Shown: positions 20,850 through 34,737 of the stretch, in pieces
Layout: the number at the start of each line of letters is the position of its first letter
Position numbering within the stretch: position 1 is the first letter of the stretch
Assembly (NCBI GenBank): GCA_004764695.1
Contig: SMSO01000008.1
Location: forward strand, 124,001 to 188,000
From: Schizochytrium sp. TIO01
Lineage: Eukaryota; Protista; Bigyra: Labyrinthulomycetes
DNA length: 64,000 nt
Direction: 5' to 3'
Translations under genes and position numbers: made by a program
The notes under the pieces: model-generated
Databases searched by the model: none
What the model was told of the DNA's origin: nothing
What the model saw: only the letters and a program-made list of their open reading frames with translations

Positions 20850-21120
20850 TAAAGAAAGAAAAAGAGTTGTGTATGTGGAAGAAGTGGGCCATTCTAGAAA
20901 CTCTCAGACGAAGGAAGAGAAATGTTGATTCTGAAGAAGTCAATTTAACAGGAGGATCTAAATTGCAAGGAAGATGTATCTAACTATTAAGTGATCAAAA
21001 CAATCAAACAGATTAAAGAAATCGATAACATCGGACCTATAATTAAGAATTTCCAGCCAAAAGGAGGTAATGAGACGTGGTTATGATTACTTAGAGGTAT
21101 TTGGGGAAATGTCTTAGATG
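20850..21120 (+). pseudogene. Possible decayed retroviral-type (Ty3/gypsy) integrase fragment
   Basis: Broken translation EDVSNY..QIK..IGPI...QPKGGNETW..DY resembles the Zn-binding/rve junction. Confidence 0.3.
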
Positions 21121-21871
21121 GTAGTAGTTAGTTAGTGTTATGGCTAGGGTTGTCTTGTTGAATGTACTTGATAGATTCAAGTGCTTCTGGTCGCTTTGGG
21201 ATTTCGGGCCTGCCTGCAGGTTTTGCTTTGCAGACTCTTCTCGATGCTTGCTTGGTTCCCTTCATTCCCTGATTGATTCCAGCGTAGTGTTGTACATCGC
21301 CCATCATGCCATCATGACACTTTTGTCCTGGTTTCGTCAGATAGGGGCTCCTCTTAACCTTGCGAAGTCATGTCGCAGAGATGTATTTGAATTCCTTCTC
21401 AGTAGGAGGAAACTAAATTAAATTATTTCATTACAACCAGTGGCTAAACCTATCCTGTAAAAACTAAGAAACAATGGTAGCGTCCCAGTGTAATAGAAGC
21501 TACTATTACAGCTACAGAAGGATACCAAGCCACTGCCCAGTGACATTGAATCTGTCAAGAAAAAAAACGTCTGGTCAGTAAGAAAAACATAGCGAAAACG
21601 AGGAGGGGGACTAGTTGAAAACGATGCTCTGTTGCTTTTGAAGATCGCTGAAAGGGCAACACAATAGAAAAGAAAACCAAAAACAACAAGGACAGTGCGG
21701 TCGATTGCCTACCTATAAATGATATTAGAAGAGCTTAGATCAGGTGGCGCCAACGCCGACAGAACATATTCGATAGAAAAGAAGAATAAATCAATACACA
21801 AGTAAATACTAGGCTATTTATATTTATTAAAAGGTTGCCTTATGAATGTATCTATTTTATATTTTATGTAT

Positions 21872-21915
21872 ACAAACAAACAAACAAACAAACAAACAAA
21901 CAAACAAACAAACAA
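21872..21915. repeat. (AAAC)n microsatellite
   Basis: Directly visible. Confidence 0.95.
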
Positions 21916-23399
21916 TAATAAATAGGCTCATAAGTTCATTTATTTGCATAGGGTAATTAATGGAACGCCAAATAAGCCCATACACTTCATATCAGGAAAA
22001 AAGAAAAGAAGACTTTCACTTCTTTCAAGTTAAAAAATCTTTTTAATGAAAGGTGTTAAAATTATTTTAATTCTTCTAACTGCATTGAAGATATTTCCTC
22101 AATTTTATGCATTATTATATTGATGAGGAAGTCGCACGCCTTTCGGTGAGAAGTATCTCCACAAATCATACACCCCCAATACACCAGCGATACTATCGCT
22201 CGAAGTCTGACTCCGACCTCTTAGTCTACATATAGCTTTCCTTACTTCCTCAAATTTTTGAAAGAGCTGCCTGCAACTATGCCTCGCGAATGCAGAGTCT
22301 CTCATAAATTCATAAGGTGGCCATCCTGACCTCCTTCTACCTTGCGACTAACTTTTCAATCGGCCCAGGGATACGGTAAAGTACCACTTACTTATGGTAC
22401 TTTTTAATGTCAGCTATGACTAGAGAAATCACAGTTGTGACGAGAGCACTGGAAACTAGGAGTGAGAAGGAAAAGTCATTGTAGAGGCAAGAAGGTCATG
22501 CGAATAGAGGTTGAAGAGGGCGAGAGTTATGGAAAGATAGTTGATACAGGACAAAAACACTATTAGGTAGCGAGAAGTGATTATAGGTACAGCCTTTTCA
22601 TAACCCTTCTCAATAGAAACGAAGGAACGAAAATTGAGATAGCCACCCTATAGATGCTATGGGTGGAATTCAACAAAGGTGTTAAATTGAATACTAGATT
22701 ATGCTCAGAAGCTCAACTAACATAGTCAGATAGGTATTTGAGAAGCTATGGAATTCAAGACCATATTAAACTCAACGTGGATAGTAAGATTCTAATTGAA
22801 GGAAAACCTGAAGAACATATTGCTAGAGTTCTTAGCGTCCTGTTGTAAGCTCTCAAGGGTCTTTGGCTTACTTAGGATCAGGTCTAGACAATAAGATGCG
22901 TGGTTGTGCATTCAAGATAGACGAGAAGTAAACGTTGGCATGCACGTTCACTGGGCATAATTACAGTGAAATCTGAATTGATGGTGGAAGATGTCGGGGG
23001 ATAATTTAGATAGGGAACCGGGGAGTACTAGGTATTGATTAGCGGTCATCAGACACGCCTTTTAATACCTGTGAGAGCCCTGGTTAATCGAACAATTAGG
23101 TTCAGGCATAAAGGAGTCCCTGAGGGAAGACTAGCCCAGAAAATGGACAGAGACAATGCATACGCGGGGCGTAGTCGCAGCTCTTTTAGAAAACCAAGCT
23201 CCTGTGAGTAAGTTTAGCTAAGTGTAGGCTAAGAAGTTGTGGTTCGACTGGTCGAGACTACTTGGGTGATTTTGGGTATGTTTTGATTGTGGAACTTGTT
23301 CTTCTATTAAAGGTGTACGATTTTCTTATTGGCAAGGTAGCATGCAAGATAGGAGGAAATGCTTTGCCAAAAAAGAGTTTCGCTAAAAGTGTTTTCTTT

Positions 23400-26230
23400 T
23401 ATCTTTGCGTTTCATGGAAAAGTAAAAGAAGCATTTACTTGAAAGAAGTAAAAGCTTTCTTTTTCTTTTTTTCATGAAATGAGATGTTGGGCGAATACAT
23501 TCATAAGGCAACTTGTACAGAAATACCCTAGAGGGGCAGGACAGAGCCATTAACAGAAGAATAAAGCTAGCCTAGCCTCCTTACTTATATCTAGCATTGA
23601 CCAAGTCTGTCTTAGTATCTTAATTACAATATAAATCAGTCTGCGTCAGTATTGAATAATTCCAAGAACAGCAGATCGCTAAAAATTAAAGAGGTCTTCT
23701 TAAACCTTTCTAGGCATTGTGCTGGTCCTCGTTGCTCCATCTTCATAGTCTAACTAGAATCAATGTTCAGAGGCTGTGTACACGTACTTTGTATTATTCT
23801 GGTCCCAGAGTTCATGACAGTATTGACATTTGCCTTACTATCCTCAGAAGATTGAGTACCAAGGTTGTTTACTGCATTTGGTCTACATCAAGCTTTGATT
23901 TCAGTAGTAACACATGTATAAATTTGCTGAGGTCTCCAATCAAAGGAACTAGTGGACAATACATTGCTAGAGTTTCTGGCGTCCCTTTGTGAAACCCTCG
24001 TAGACATGGGTCTTACAATAGAGCAAAAGTAGGCAGCCAGAGTCAAGAATCAAAAGCGTGACTGCACATGTCCTACATCCAAGTATGGTGTAACTTGAAT
24101 CGATAGTGAAAGATGTTGAATTAACCTGACCCCATCAATTATCTCTAATGCCTTTCAAGAATGTCTTTTAGCTTCCTTAAATACTAGATGAGTTCATCTG
24201 CCCTGAAATTCATTCTCCAGGACAGCAGTTCGCTAACTCTTAAATCAACCTTCTTAAATCCTTCATCAAGATCCTTGCCTTCATCTCTACAGTCAACCTC
24301 AAGCTGACCAGAATCATCTTTTAGCAACATCCCACAGTCTAAGGTGCTACTTTCCCTAAATATGGCGACGAGGTACTTTCGGGCAAATGTAAAAGAGCTC
24401 TGTCAAAAAATAAACAAGAGTGACAAAGCTGTGACCCTACTTATATTTGAATGACCACTTATTCCGATATTGATCAAGTGATGATTTTGATAGTCTTCAT
24501 TGTTGCTGTTGATCTACGTGTTAAGGTTTTGGTATCATCAGAGCTCGAACGGTAACCAAACAGCAAAAAATTAAAAGCTGGGAGAGTATTGGAGAAGATA
24601 GTTTTCACTTAGGCTTTTAGGTAAGAGGTCTGGTGCCCTTGGGATCTTCTCAAATTCTTGTCGACCAACTATAACTTCATTTAAGCCCTTCCTGAAAATA
24701 TTAAATAAAGAATTATGTGAAAAAGACATTGCTAGAGTTCTTGGTATAGCATTGTAAGTGACCAATATTTATTTTTAAAGAAGACTTGAATAACTAGATA
24801 GGAAACCAAAAACTAAGGAAGTCAGGATGACAAATCCCCTGGCATCTATAAAAGAAAGAGAATAGGAGAAACCTAACTTATGGTGAAAAAGAAGAAGAGA
24901 TAATGACATAACCTTCTCAACTCTCTATATAAATAAGATGTCTGTCATAGTGTTAACGAATTCAATATGAATCCCTCCACGTTGCATCAATCCTTATGTC
25001 AGTAGATCGCCAACTTAAAAAGCCTAAGCTCACAAAATCTCATTAAACCACCCAAGCAACCTCCCTACATTTTGCCAGTCAGTCTGTAGTTAAGTAGGTG
25101 GCAGTTCCTCGTAAGACTAAAACAGCTTGATTTGAACTTAGAAAATATAGTGAGGTTTATTTATTTCGTTCATTCAACCTGAAAGTGGTCTAAGCCATCT
25201 TAGTTCATGAGGTGGATACACGTCATATCTTTTGTACGGAGGAGGAAAACTCCACAGCTAGAGTTTTGCCTTACTTCTTTCTTTTGGTGACCTCCATTAT
25301 TTGGATGCTGTTCTGGCCCTTTAGGATATTTCAATCAACTAGCAACAATGCCTCCATATTTTCATAGAAGCTACTACATACTGCTGAAACTCATGGTACA
25401 ATTAGGTAGAGGCTGACTTCTCAAACAAAGGTAAGCTACTTGGGTACTTTGCAGACTTAAACTTTCAAGTCCTGAAAGGTGACTCTGGTCAGCTAGAGGT
25501 TAAGTATGAAGATGAAGGGAAGAGGCATCATAAAATTTGTTTTAAGATGTAGCGGTTTACTATCCTCGAAATCAGATTCCAAGGTAGACTGATTCATATC
25601 ATGATTATGAGACTCGTACGTGCTAGACATAATTGACAAGGCTAGGTTAACTCGTCTCTGTAATCATCAACTCAGATTCCGCCATACTTGGTTTCAGAGA
25701 ATGCGTATGTATGTACACTATTGGTTTGTGGCTTTACAATCATGCAAGCTTGGTTGACTAGTTCGATTCCTATGTAAGTCCTAAAGCCTTGGGTCTTACA
25801 ACAATAAAATGTCTAGAAAGAAGTCTAGCAATGTCTCATCCACTAGTTTTCGATTGGAGATCTCAGTCTCAAGTTAGCTGTCAGCTGGCCTAGTCTGTGA
25901 ATCTCATAGTGAAGGTATCCATATCAGATTAGTAGACTAAACTAGATATAAACTATATTATGTACGGCTGCAAAGATCAACTTATCTATTTCCCAAGTCA
26001 CCAGTTGTCCTCGGCCCTATAGGCTATTTCTATACAAATTACCTAACAAATGCATTTGCCTTATATTTCACATCAAAACAGAGAAAATTTTACTGTTCCA
26101 CTATTAAAAAAATAAAAATTAAACGAAAGTTAAAGTGTTATCGTGCACACTCTTGCGCAATATGAAAAGCACGTACACCTTAAAAAGAAGAACAAGAAGA
26201 AGCTGCGCATGTAAGCATACCCCGATCAAT
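23400..26230. repeat. Two diverged copies of a decayed ~1-kb unit in inverted orientation (~23400-24400 minus; ~25400-26230 plus), with fragments at ~22800 and ~24730
   Basis: Shared relic peptide LK(D/G)DSGQLEV...DEGK and shared ACATTGCTAGA motif; both copies end in the tail also seen at 18.2-18.5 kb. Confidence 0.6.
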
Positions 26231-28782
26231 TACATTTTTGCAGCAAAGCAACTGACTAATACTATTTAAAGAGAGAGAAGCAATTCCACAGTAGCATAAG
26301 ATCTATATACTGTTTACTTGAAACGTATTGTAGGGATCTTTGCAAGGAAAACTAGCATTATGTCATAGGGAAATGCTTGGGAGGCAAGGGGGATGTATGG
26401 AGGTCGTCATCTCTAGAGCTTGACGACAAAGGGTCAACTTCAAGATGCCCCCAAAGGGAAATGCCTGATTTGATAGGACACTTAGTATTATTCAAGGCAA
26501 AATCCATGACAGATCAACACGGCTCAGAAGTGTACCATTTTAGCTTTCCAATGCACAAAGGCCCACCAACCCAAGAAATTAAAGCACCTGTCATAGAATA
26601 ACAGCTATTAGACGTCCAGGTAGACGCTTTTACTAACTTAGCACCATAGTAGACGTCATCTAGGGTTGTTCTCGCACGATGAACCAACCAATATTGATAT
26701 GCACAATACATGCTATTATTCAATACATGTTATTGTCTAGCTTGACGGATTTCTTTCACTTGGTGTTCATTATTTAGGAGCACAGATCGCAAACAAGAAG
26801 TAAGTATCGACACTTCGACTGACTTTTTCATGATTTTAATCCACATTCGTCACTTATTACTTGTCCATACCTTCTCTAAAAGGCCTCTTACTTGACAGCC
26901 ACTAAGGCCTGAAAGTGTTTTCACACGGTGCATTCATATGCCATAGCGCTGGAACGTACTCTCTGTTTAATTCTGTCCAACTTTGCAAAATATAGCCTAC
27001 TATAGTCTAATAAGGCATGCTACTGCTTATTATTATTATCAATGCTCTTTACCTTTGCTTTGTTTAAGCGCCCAGGCCCTCTAGCTCACGCTCATATGAT
27101 TTCCTTCAATCAATACCGGATTAATCTCTAGATCATTGGAGTGTGAATTTTCACTTAGCGTAGCATCGTTGTTTAAAAATTAAATAAAGATTGTCTTCAT
27201 GTTTACATGAGCTTCTGCTCCTCTTTAAAGCAGTAGAGCAGATATTGCTACTTGAATTTTATTATTATTATTATTTAGCAGAAGCTTGTTGTACTTGAGC
27301 CATAGTCCCATTCAAAGCGCACACACTAAGCGGATCTACAATCCGAAAGCTCTGAGCCATTCAGGGACAGTTTTTTCTTTTTGTTCAATTCAGTCAAGTA
27401 TGCAATGTAGAGACCTTTGATGGATTGTATTAACCAGAGAATCAAATCGTTTTCCGTTTTCGATTACCCAAATAACATCCTATACCTGTCGAGCCATGTT
27501 TATGCCTTCAGTTCTGATGAAGTACATCATGGTTATCAAACAAATTCTGGCAATATTGCAGCTATGAAGGCAATGCATTTTTGCTTATGTTTTAGTTTTA
27601 ATGGAGCTACCGCTATGCGCACTGTATATGTATTGTACCACCAATAAACATTAAACAATGTTGAATTTTATTTAAGCCAAGAATAGAACAAGTCTCCGAT
27701 AGGAGCTACTAAAGTTTACGCAGAGTTTCACAGCTCTCGCAACAATACAATAGTTGCTTCAACACAGAGTCTGGAATAAATCGAGTTTCCACAAAGAGGA
27801 GAAATAAGCCTTCCGACTGATTTCTCGGTATAGTGTTCTATATCGGCAAAGTAGTTATGGATTTTAGAGATCAGAAAGTTGGGAAGCACAAGAAATTTAC
27901 TCTGCCTAGAATTAGTCAAGAGTAGAAAGGTTTCAATCCAATTTTAAAAGATCTAGTACTGAGCGAGAAAACGGGAACAACACTAGGTCAAGATTTCGAG
28001 AGGCTAAGAAGAATGCCTTTTGTTAGCCATCATACGAATACATTAAGTAATGAAGGGACCGAAGCAAGCTACAAGATGAGTTTGCAAGGAAATGTGACAA
28101 CAGATTCGAATCACATATCAAACCGTAAGCATAACAGCCAAAAACATTTCTTTGATACCCTCTAAGCAACATATACGACAGTACGTCCGAATTATGTTTG
28201 GCGCGTATTTGAAAGACTTACCGCTGCTACAGAGAGACTAAAAATAGGTAGGCAGATGCATGCAAGAAATCTAGCATCAAATCTTTCGGGGTCTGTTTCG
28301 AAGAGCTCGTTTCCAGATCTGATAAGTCTGAGTCCTTTGCTTGCAATCACCCAGCCGCGGCGTCACAATATACAAGATGAAATTTTGGTTTTCTTCGAAT
28401 AGGGAAATGCTTTTCCTTCCGCCTACTTTGAGATACCTGTATCAGAGGAAAAGGTAGTAGGTATTAGTAGGTACTTAGTACATCTGCAGTTCATAATGTT
28501 TTGGTCACCTGCTCCGTGCTGCAACGTATTTTGTTCTGTATTAGTTTGAACTTTTGAGTGACCAGCTATTGAGTTATTGGGTTCTACAGAGGGTCCAAAA
28601 GAACTTTCATAAAATGTTGATAGAGGATAACTTAATCTTACTTGCCAGAGATTATACTCTATCCTTTCAAGTATAGATAGGTAAAACCTCAAGGCCGCTA
28701 TGAAATGGAAGTAGTATATACCTACCAGTACTTACTATCTGCCTGGTTCATTCGTTTCCGCCAGCGTTGCGTTTTTATTCCA

Positions 28783-28906
28783 GTGCAAAGATTGATTATA
28801 GTAGGCCTCTGACTAGTGACAGCGAGGTCAAAACGTCGTGTAGGTGCAAAGATTGATTATAGTAGGCCTCTGACTAGTGACAGCGAGGTCAAAACGTCGT
28901 GTAGGT
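28783..28906. repeat. Perfect 61-bp tandem duplication
   Basis: GTGCAAAGATTGATTATAGTAGGCCTCTGACTAGTGACAGCGAGGTCAAAACGTCGTGTAG occurs twice (28783 and 28844). Confidence 0.97.
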
Positions 28907-29864
28907 ATCTACCCTGGTCGAAGTAGGTTGTAAGCGTACAAGCGACATGCTACAATACTCGAACAATGGATGATCAGAATTGTAGCACCCTCACCTTTAA
29001 ATTGAGTGAGTACAAAATAAGAGAGAGCCTCCCAAGTTTATAACTAGTGATCTAAGTAATAGCAATAGGGACTGTAGTAAGGGATGCTATAGCTTTGTCG
29101 GTCGCACTGCCACCTGCTGCAAAAAAATCAGAAATAAGTTTCTATCATAACTCTAGAAGCATCTCCATCAAAGCAGAATCACAAATGCATCTCCAAAGGA
29201 AAATGGTTTCAAGCTCCTTCATTTTTTTCTGATTTTCATAACCATCATGATGGTGGTATCCTTTTCTTCGCAATTTGTAGCATTAACTATCTCCAAGAGA
29301 AGGGAGAATCATATTCTGATTGTTGTCATACCCCCTTCCAAATACGAGAGCTAGTAGTAGATATTTGGTTCTCGTTGGTGCCACAAATTTTACCATGATA
29401 GTAGTGACAAAGGGTAAAATTGCTTGGGTAACAGAGTTTGCTCAAAGACACTTTTTGATAGACCAACCATAATAGTCATAGCTGCAGCTACTATTGAAAC
29501 CGAATATCCTAGGTGGAGCTCATTAAATCAACTGCTAGCCCTCTTCATGGTGGATCCTAGCATCACCAACCTAAAAAGCTTTCTTTCCTTAATTCGAAAT
29601 TTTACTCCGAAATAAACTGCTAATCCAGATTATGTATCTAGCACACTAGAATTGTTATTTGGGGTGTTATTGTTTTTGATTTTTTTAAATAATATGAAGA
29701 AGTAATTTTATTACATTTAGCTACTAATGATACTGCTACTGCAAAAAATAGTAATGCAATTAAGGTAAAATGAAATTAAACATAATTAATTAATTTAAAA
29801 TGAAGCTTATTTTAAAGTGTAAAAATTCACTTTAAAAAAGGAGAGAAACTGTTTTAACACTTTT

Positions 29865-30350
29865 ATGTTAGAAGAGTTCGACATGCCGGAAACGGATGCG
29901 GAGTTTGCACACTAGTATTCTAGGTCTGTTGGTTTTTGCAAAAGTAGCATGCTCTCTCTTGCTGATGGATGGTGGCACGGCAGCAAAGGAGATCTTCGCG
30001 ATCCAGATAGTGAACACTTTATTCTCAGCATGGATCGTCTGCCAAAATGTCGTTTGATAGTGCTGGAGTGTTTATAATTCATAATTTTTTTTAAATTTGT
30101 GGCCTTGTTAGTAAAAGGTAAAAGTATTCGCTTTGCATTGGTCATTATGCTTTTCCTTATTTGGGGCACTATGAGTTCTCTTAGGAAGCTAGCTAGTTAC
30201 AAAGGATGCCGGCAACATTTCTCATTTGATTTTTTAGAAATGCTACCTAGCAGCAACAGCGGCTCCAAGGGCGCAATTGATATTTTGTTCAATCTTTCAA
30301 ATTGGTCTAGGTGCAACAAAATTGTTGCACAGGCGGGAGTGGATTAAAAA
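29865..30350 (-). pseudogene. Possible hAT transposase C-terminal relic
   Basis: FWQTIHAENKVFTIWIAKISFAAVPPSISKRE..F weakly resembles the hAT dimerisation motif. Confidence 0.25.
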
Positions 30351-32390
30351 CAACTTTGGTAAGCTGGTGTTTGTTTTTCGATCTGTGGTTTAGATGCAAG
30401 GGCCCAGTGACCCCTCTAGAATTGCGAAGCAGTCACGCGAGTGGGGCCGGCTTCAAGTCTTCGGCGCTACATTATGCGAAAAAATAGGAGAGGCATTCTA
30501 AAGTGAAAGCCACGTACAGATGAGTGAGGGCAAGTTGAAGTTTTTAGCCGAGTAAAAGAATTGCTCGGGACTCGAAGCAATTTTATAGCTATAATGAGCA
30601 ATTCTTTCAGTTTAGTTGATAGTAGCAAACCATCAAGGAGAATTGTGTTGCACCACTGCTACTCTATATATTGCAGATTGTATGCACTAATTCGGAGTTT
30701 CATTCATTGCTACCACTGACCTGCCTGCCTTCAAAAAACCAAACCAAAAGACTTCAACTTGAAATAACTTGAACATCACACCTTTTTGAGAAGCAGGCTA
30801 AACCAAGAAAGTACTAATTATAAATTAACAATATAGGTACCTCCAATGGCTCTACTATATTGAGCATGGCTAGCAAGCATACAGGAAAGAGACGCAGCAG
30901 CTCATCTCCTTTGGCTAGAGAGCTCCTTTGATTATGATTATACGCTACAAATAGTCGCTGGAGCTATCGCCAATGATATGCATTGCTTGAACCAAAAAAG
31001 TAAACTTGGGTGGCTAGGTAATACATAAGTAGTATATACCTATTTCAAGTTAAAGAAACAGGTTTCTTTCACCCGGACGCGTAGCTAGCCTACGTACCGA
31101 TGAGAATTATTGGGATTACTCATCCACGGTGCCCTTTTTAGTCTCTCTATTTGTTTTTACGCCAGTGCTTCTACTGGTATTCTTATAACTTTGATTATGA
31201 ATGTGACTGGCTAATTATTTCAGTTGCTACTTGTAGTCCTAATATTTTAAACGTTCGTATGTACTAGTATGTATGGTATAATTTATTAAAAAAGAAATAC
31301 TAAAAATAGAAAAGAAGGAAAGAGGAAAATACCTCATGCTAGCACTACGATACTACTAACAAGTAGTAATAGGGCGTCTGAAAGGTAGCACTTAAAAAAA
31401 AAAAAAAAACAATTATTTTGATTAAAAAAAAGCTATTTTAAAAAGTTAAAAAAAGGAAGCCTTCAATAACCATGACACTTTTAAAAGAGGGCGGGCTTTG
31501 AAATTAAAAAAAAGAAACAAAGGAACTTGAAAAAGAAAAGAGAAATATCGTGCCTTGTTCTGGTAAAGCAGATAGATGAGCTGCTCGGACTGAGGGAAGC
31601 GCTCGCTCGTCGAATATTTGCATACGCTTGAATATATATGCGTAGACTTGTTCGCAGCAAATCCTGAAAACAGCTGTAGCCCAAGGTAAACAATTTCAAG
31701 ACGAAAAGGTGGGAGCAGGAGCCGCTAAAGGCCAGTTCCAGGAAATAACAGGCCTTTCAAAGCTTATATACAACCAACCAAGCGACTAGCAAGCAAGCAA
31801 GCAAGCAAGCAAAGCAAATAAACAAGCAACACGCGCAAACACTGAGGAGCCAATAGTGGCTGCGAGCAAGCGAGCAATACTGAGACAGTAGCAGCTACCA
31901 TCCTTCCATTCAGCCTAAACTCCTACTGTATACGTAACATATCTTATAAAGGTGCTACGAGAGTGAGACTGCTACCGCGAATTCAGGCAGTACTACTTTG
32001 TATTAACAGGAAAGGTAACAGTAGCATACATAGATAAAGTATACTGGGAAGAGCTACTAGGGAGACGCCAAGGTCTCCTTGAGGCTGTAGCAAATCATCA
32101 AAGTGGAGCAATCGACCTGAGTACCTGAGATTGTAGCACCATTCAAACCCAGCCTCAATAATTAGATCAGAGCACGAATTCTAGAGAGCTTTGTAGAGAG
32201 GTGGAGTTGCGTGCTACTACTTGGACGCTGCATATATCATTTGGGTACTGCACGGAAACGACTCCCGATCACCTTGAGAGTTGAACACGTGCAAGGGGGC
32301 ACTCCATCGTAATATACATAGGCGTGGATTTGGTCGTGGCAGCGAGGAGGTTGCGCAAGGCGAGCAACAGCCACACAGAACTTGTGCTGA

Positions 32391-34706
32391 ATGCCACCTG
32401 ACTACGATCAGTATTCAAGTCCACTTTTGTGTACATCGTCTGTACATTCTCCATTACCTGTTTCTTGTGAGGATACAATGCATGCAGATTCTTCGATTCC
32501 ATCACTAAGATTTCCTTCTACCATCTCTGCAGCTTCAAGAGGTTTGCAAAAACCTTCGCCTTCAGTATCACCAAGCCATTTGATTTCCACCAGCCTCGAA
32601 TCTAAGGCACCCCCCACGACATCAACCACAATTCTTTCTAATTTCTCTCAAGGTTTTTCTTCATCAGCATTGCATAGCACTTCCGATATCCCATCCTTCT
32701 ATTCCGTAAAAAAATCCTCGCCGCTTGAATCTGGATGTAAGGAGCCTACGGTAATTCAACCTACAACTACACGGAAACGGGTCGCACTCGCAATATCTTC
32801 GCCATCTTCATCATCTTCATCCACTAATGCACCTTCAAATGGTCTATTGTTATCGTCCAAATCTTCGAGAGCAGAGATGAACCAAATACCAGCCAAGACG
32901 AACTCGACAAAAACTATGGTTTCTTCGTTGGTTGCTAGCTCTGCCTCTGTGTTGCTGTCACCGCAAGTGAATGTACGCAATGACGAGGACTCATCTCCGG
33001 TCCAAGGCGAAGACGATACAGATGAACTTGGTTCTGAAAAAACCATAGGAATTGGACAAGGTCACTTTGATGGTGAAGAGGAAGAAACAGAGGGTGATGG
33101 ACTGGAGCACAAGTGCCATATTTCATCTGGGGCTTCTTCTTCTTCTTCGACCACAGCAGCATCTTCAAGCTCGTCTACACGGTCGTCTCCATCGTCGTCC
33201 CCTTCCAGTTCTCCTTTGCGAAGAGCAGAACGCAACTTGACACATGATACCTCTACTGGGAATGCCACTCAACAAGAAAAGCCTTGGGGCCCAGATGGCG
33301 AGCTCTACCACAAGAAGAGAAAAACAAAACGTTCTTCTTCTAAACAAAAGGTGCTGCAAATTAAAGCTGATTCTGCTTCGAATGATGGTTCTGCTGAACA
33401 TGATCATGAAACTAAAAAGGTTGACGGAGGATTCGAACACTCTTTTGAGCAGGACGAAGTGAACGGCCAGAACAATAATACCTCTATGACAGAGGTTATA
33501 GGTCTTGGTTTCTCCTCACTAGGTAGAAATCCATTTAAAAATAACCATTATCAACATCATCATCCTGCTGCTGCTGATGATGACCATGAGGAGGAAAAAG
33601 GTATCTCACATGAAAATTTGGGCTCTCAACATCATTTAGAAAACCAGCTACTTTATTCGCAAGATGAGATATCAGCATCACTTGGATCGAATGAGGAATC
33701 CATGGGCGTACAATCATCTATGATGTTATTTTCTTCTCGATTCCCTTTTGCTTCTTCGTCATTTTCGTATCCGCACCAAAATTCTGAGGACGATTCTACA
33801 GCACATGTGACTTTCCCTCTTCATGGCCAATCATCATTTCTTTTTAGTGGTCGTCATAACTCGATGCAGAACACCATTGAACAGGGTAATGATGAAGAGG
33901 GGGAACACAAACCGAACGAAAACCGTAATGAGGTGTTCATGCCCAGCGACTTCTGCAGTGACGAACACCACTCGGAAGATGGAGATGGAGAAATGGAGGA
34001 ACAAAATGAATTTTCTGAAGAAGTTGGTAATGAGGACGGACACGGGCGACCTTTGAAGAGGCAGCGCAAGCATTTTTCATCATCATGGACTCCTTCTGCA
34101 ACGTCGGGTTCATCTTCATTCCAAACCTCGGCGTTTGGCTTTGGGGATTTTCGTGATGCTGCTGTGCCTGGTCAGGGATCAGGAGAGGGGACATGGGACT
34201 CTAGGTGGACTAATGGTTTGTCTTCTTTCTCTTCTTCATTACAGCAACAGCAGCAGCAGGATTCCTCGTTTGCGTTTGCACCCTTGTCATCGGCATTATA
34301 CTTGCAGCCCTCTTCTTCTTCTTCTTCTTCTTCTTCTTCATCATCATCATCTGTTACGGCTCATGCATTTTCAGCTGCTTCATCAGAGCCAGGCTGTTCT
34401 GATTTCCACCTTCAAAATCCTTCAGGAGCTCAATTTTTCCCTCCCCACCCAACGTCTCCTCCTCCTCCTCCTCCTTCACAATTTTTTGCCTCCTCTGCGC
34501 CATCATCATATCGCCCTCTTGACCATGACCATGACCAAAATCAAGACCAAAATCCGTACTATTTTGATTATCAGGATCCCCAGGATCCACGTGGTGACAG
34601 TGCTGAGGAAGACAAGGACATTGATCTTCCCCCTCGAGCTCGTCTTGGCGCGCCTGAAGGTCTTAGCGTTGAGGCTAGTAGTTCTTCCGCTCCTTCTTTT
34701 GCACAG

Positions 34707-34737
<31 letters not shown>

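Noticed and set aside
22100-22360. Possible LINE C-terminal relic (QGRRRSGWPP on the minus strand)
   Set aside because: A single short motif; no reverse transcriptase motifs found nearby.
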